Of a stretch of DNA of 24,846 nucleotides, positions 23,552 through 24,846 are shown piece by piece. How positions within the stretch are numbered: the first letter of the stretch is position 1; each line of letters opens with the position of its first letter. The notes under the pieces are model-generated. The model saw only the letters and a list, made by a program, of their open reading frames with translations, made no database searches and was not told where the DNA came from. The DNA is from a virus (Duplodnaviria; Caudoviricetes). The DNA is taken from positions 1 through 24,846 of IMG/VR virus record IMGVR_UViG_3300044858_004988; one strand, 5' to 3'. The position numbers were made by a program, and so were the translations under genes.

Positions 23552-24789
23552 GCTCGGCCCCCAAAACGGCGATCCAGCTCGCGCCGCATCTCATTGAGGT
23601 CACTCTGGCCAAAGATGGCGTCACGGGCCTCAGCGGCCCGGGCCAGCACCTCTGGCGTCAGGGGGGCCTCCAGTCCGACACGGGGATCCCGTAGAGCCAT
23701 GTCGTAGGGCATCCCCTCCTCTCGTTTGAGCCTGTTGGCCTCCACCATCCGCCGACGGAACTCACCCTTCTCCAGCTTGGCTCCCACTTTCTCTTCGTTG
23801 GCTTCCTTCCAGGCCAAGTCGTGGGCTGCGATGACGCGGCCGAATGCCATCTCTGCATCTCTTGCCTTTTCTCGGGCAATGGCCACAAGCTCAGAGACGC
23901 CTTTGGCTGCTTCCGGCAGGCGCTGCGCCTGTCCGGCCATGCTGAGAAGAGGAATGAGCGCATAGCCCTCGTCTGTTGCTTTCATTGCTGGGCTCCGGGT
24001 GCCCTGATTCCATGGATTGCGGCTTTCGCGCACCTGTCCCCAGTCGATCAGGCGTGGGGTGCCATCAGGGCCCACCAGTACGTTGCCGCCATGCAAGTCG
24101 CCATGGATTAGACCCGTGTCGGCCTGCCGGCGGGCCAGTTGCAGCGCCCCAGCCACGTATCTGGCAGCGGCCTTGGGATCGGCCAGATACGTGGCAGCTT
24201 CAGAGGTCAGCTCCACTGTGTTGTGAGACGGAGTGAGCTTTGAGCCCGGCAGCATTCGGTAGGCCAGGCTCCAGCGGCCATCGGGCAGATGGGTGAGCTT
24301 GCCGATGGGTTCGGGGCCCAGTCCGGTCGCATGGGCCCGCTGCAGGTTCTTGAACTCTCGCCGAGCCACGTTTTCCCGCTGCTCCGCCAGGCCCACCCCT
24401 GGGTTGCTCTCAGCAGGATCGCCCATCGTGAGACCGTTGACCTTCACCACCACCGGCCCGTCTTCTGTGTCGAACTGGTAGGTCTTGCCAAATGCCCCAC
24501 TGCCAAGACTGCGTGTTGGCTTGAGCCCATTGAGTCGAGGCTCTCCTCCGTCCGAATCAGTCGTGATCGTGATGCCACTGCGCGGCTGCTGGGACACCTT
24601 CTCGCCCGCGGCCAGGGCCAGCAGCCGCTTCATGCGCTGCTTGCCAGTCGAGCTGCCGGGACTGACCCGGCACTCCTTCTTGATGCTGATGCAGGTCGAT
24701 CCGCACCCATAGCCGGTGGTGCATTTCCGCCTGAGGGCATCAAGCCGGTGTTGCAGGGCTGCACAATCCACCGAGCCGTGGTGTCTCAT
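23548..24789 (-). CDS. Protein-kinase-fold phosphotransferase with an N-terminal Cys4 cassette (start ATG 24789 or 24843; frame open to the window edge)
   Basis: Gly loop LGSGAFGKTY, VVVK, REF (alphaC Glu), catalytic loop IHGDLHGGNVLV, LIDWG. Confidence 0.9.
   Translation of the reverse strand: MRHHGSVDCAALQHRLDALRRKCTTGYGCGSTCISIKKECRVSPGSSTGKQRMKRLLALAAGEKVSQQPRSGITITTDSDGGEPRLNGLKPTRSLGSGAFGKTYQFDTEDGPVVVKVNGLTMGDPAESNPGVGLAEQRENVARREFKNLQRAHATGLGPEPIGKLTHLPDGRWSLAYRMLPGSKLTPSHNTVELTSEAATYLADPKAAARYVAGALQLARRQADTGLIHGDLHGGNVLVGPDGTPRLIDWGQVRESRNPWNQGTRSPAMKATDEGYALIPLLSMAGQAQRLPEAAKGVSELVAIAREKARDAEMAFGRVIAAHDLAWKEANEEKVGAKLEKGEFRRRMVEANRLKREEGMPYDMALRDPRVGLEAPLTPEVLARAAEARDAIFGQSDLNEMRRELDRRFGGRA
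24604..24762 (-). repeat. Cys4 cassette copy 4 (before the kinase domain)
   Basis: AALQHRLDALRRKCTTGYGCGSTCISIKKECRVSPGSSTGKQRMKRLLALAAG. Confidence 0.95.
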
Positions 24790-24846
24790 CTCAACAGCAA
24801 CGAGCGCGCAGGCCATCGATCCGTTGCTGGAGCTTCCTCCCATGAG

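Larger units (their letters stand above)
1..24846 (-). mobile_element. Temperate tailed phage (siphovirus-like) morphogenesis and integration region; both ends lie outside the window
   Basis: Co-oriented head, neck and tail genes in canonical order, a MuF gene and a large serine recombinase; no host housekeeping genes seen. Confidence 0.95.

Noticed and set aside
6724-23707. Long plus-strand ORFs (6724..7593, 8112..9551, 12322..13860, 21926..23707 and similar)
   Set aside because: Antisense shadows of well-supported minus-strand genes in GC-rich DNA, with no recognisable motifs.
10861-24762. Cys4 repeats as a CRISPR array, DGR template/variable repeats or inteins
   Set aside because: The repeats are protein-coding, kilobases apart and differ at synonymous sites; there is no reverse transcriptase, cas gene, adenine-specific variation or intein terminal motif.

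Overview
A GC-rich temperate tailed-phage region (prophage or free/excised genome), mostly on the minus strand. The host is probably a picocyanobacterium, inferred weakly from frequent CGATCG sites and gene style. Read right to left it contains: a protein kinase gene, a MuF/SPP1-gp7 minor head gene, a large serine integrase with an attP-like site just upstream, fibre-like structural genes, an operon built around a 1411-aa multidomain protein (ParB-like domain, unknown domain, ADP-ribosyltransferase), an Xre HTH regulator, the DUF2213-type prohead protease/scaffold, decoration protein, DUF2184-type major capsid, head-tail joining genes, tail tube, a KilA-N gene, and a tail assembly chaperone pair with a lambda-type GGGAAAG -1 frameshift. 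The main candidate novelty is a ~50-aa cassette (RxD / L..RIDAL helix / C-x5-C-x3-C-x6-C / basic amphipathic helix) found four times, each time in front of a different cargo (ParB-like, unknown, ART, kinase). The same RxD motif saturates the scaffold (10 of 15 Arg) and starts the capsid protein. This suggests a prohead-protease-processed polyprotein that releases Cys4-tagged effectors into the virion. Family names come from motif recognition by eye; no database search was run.
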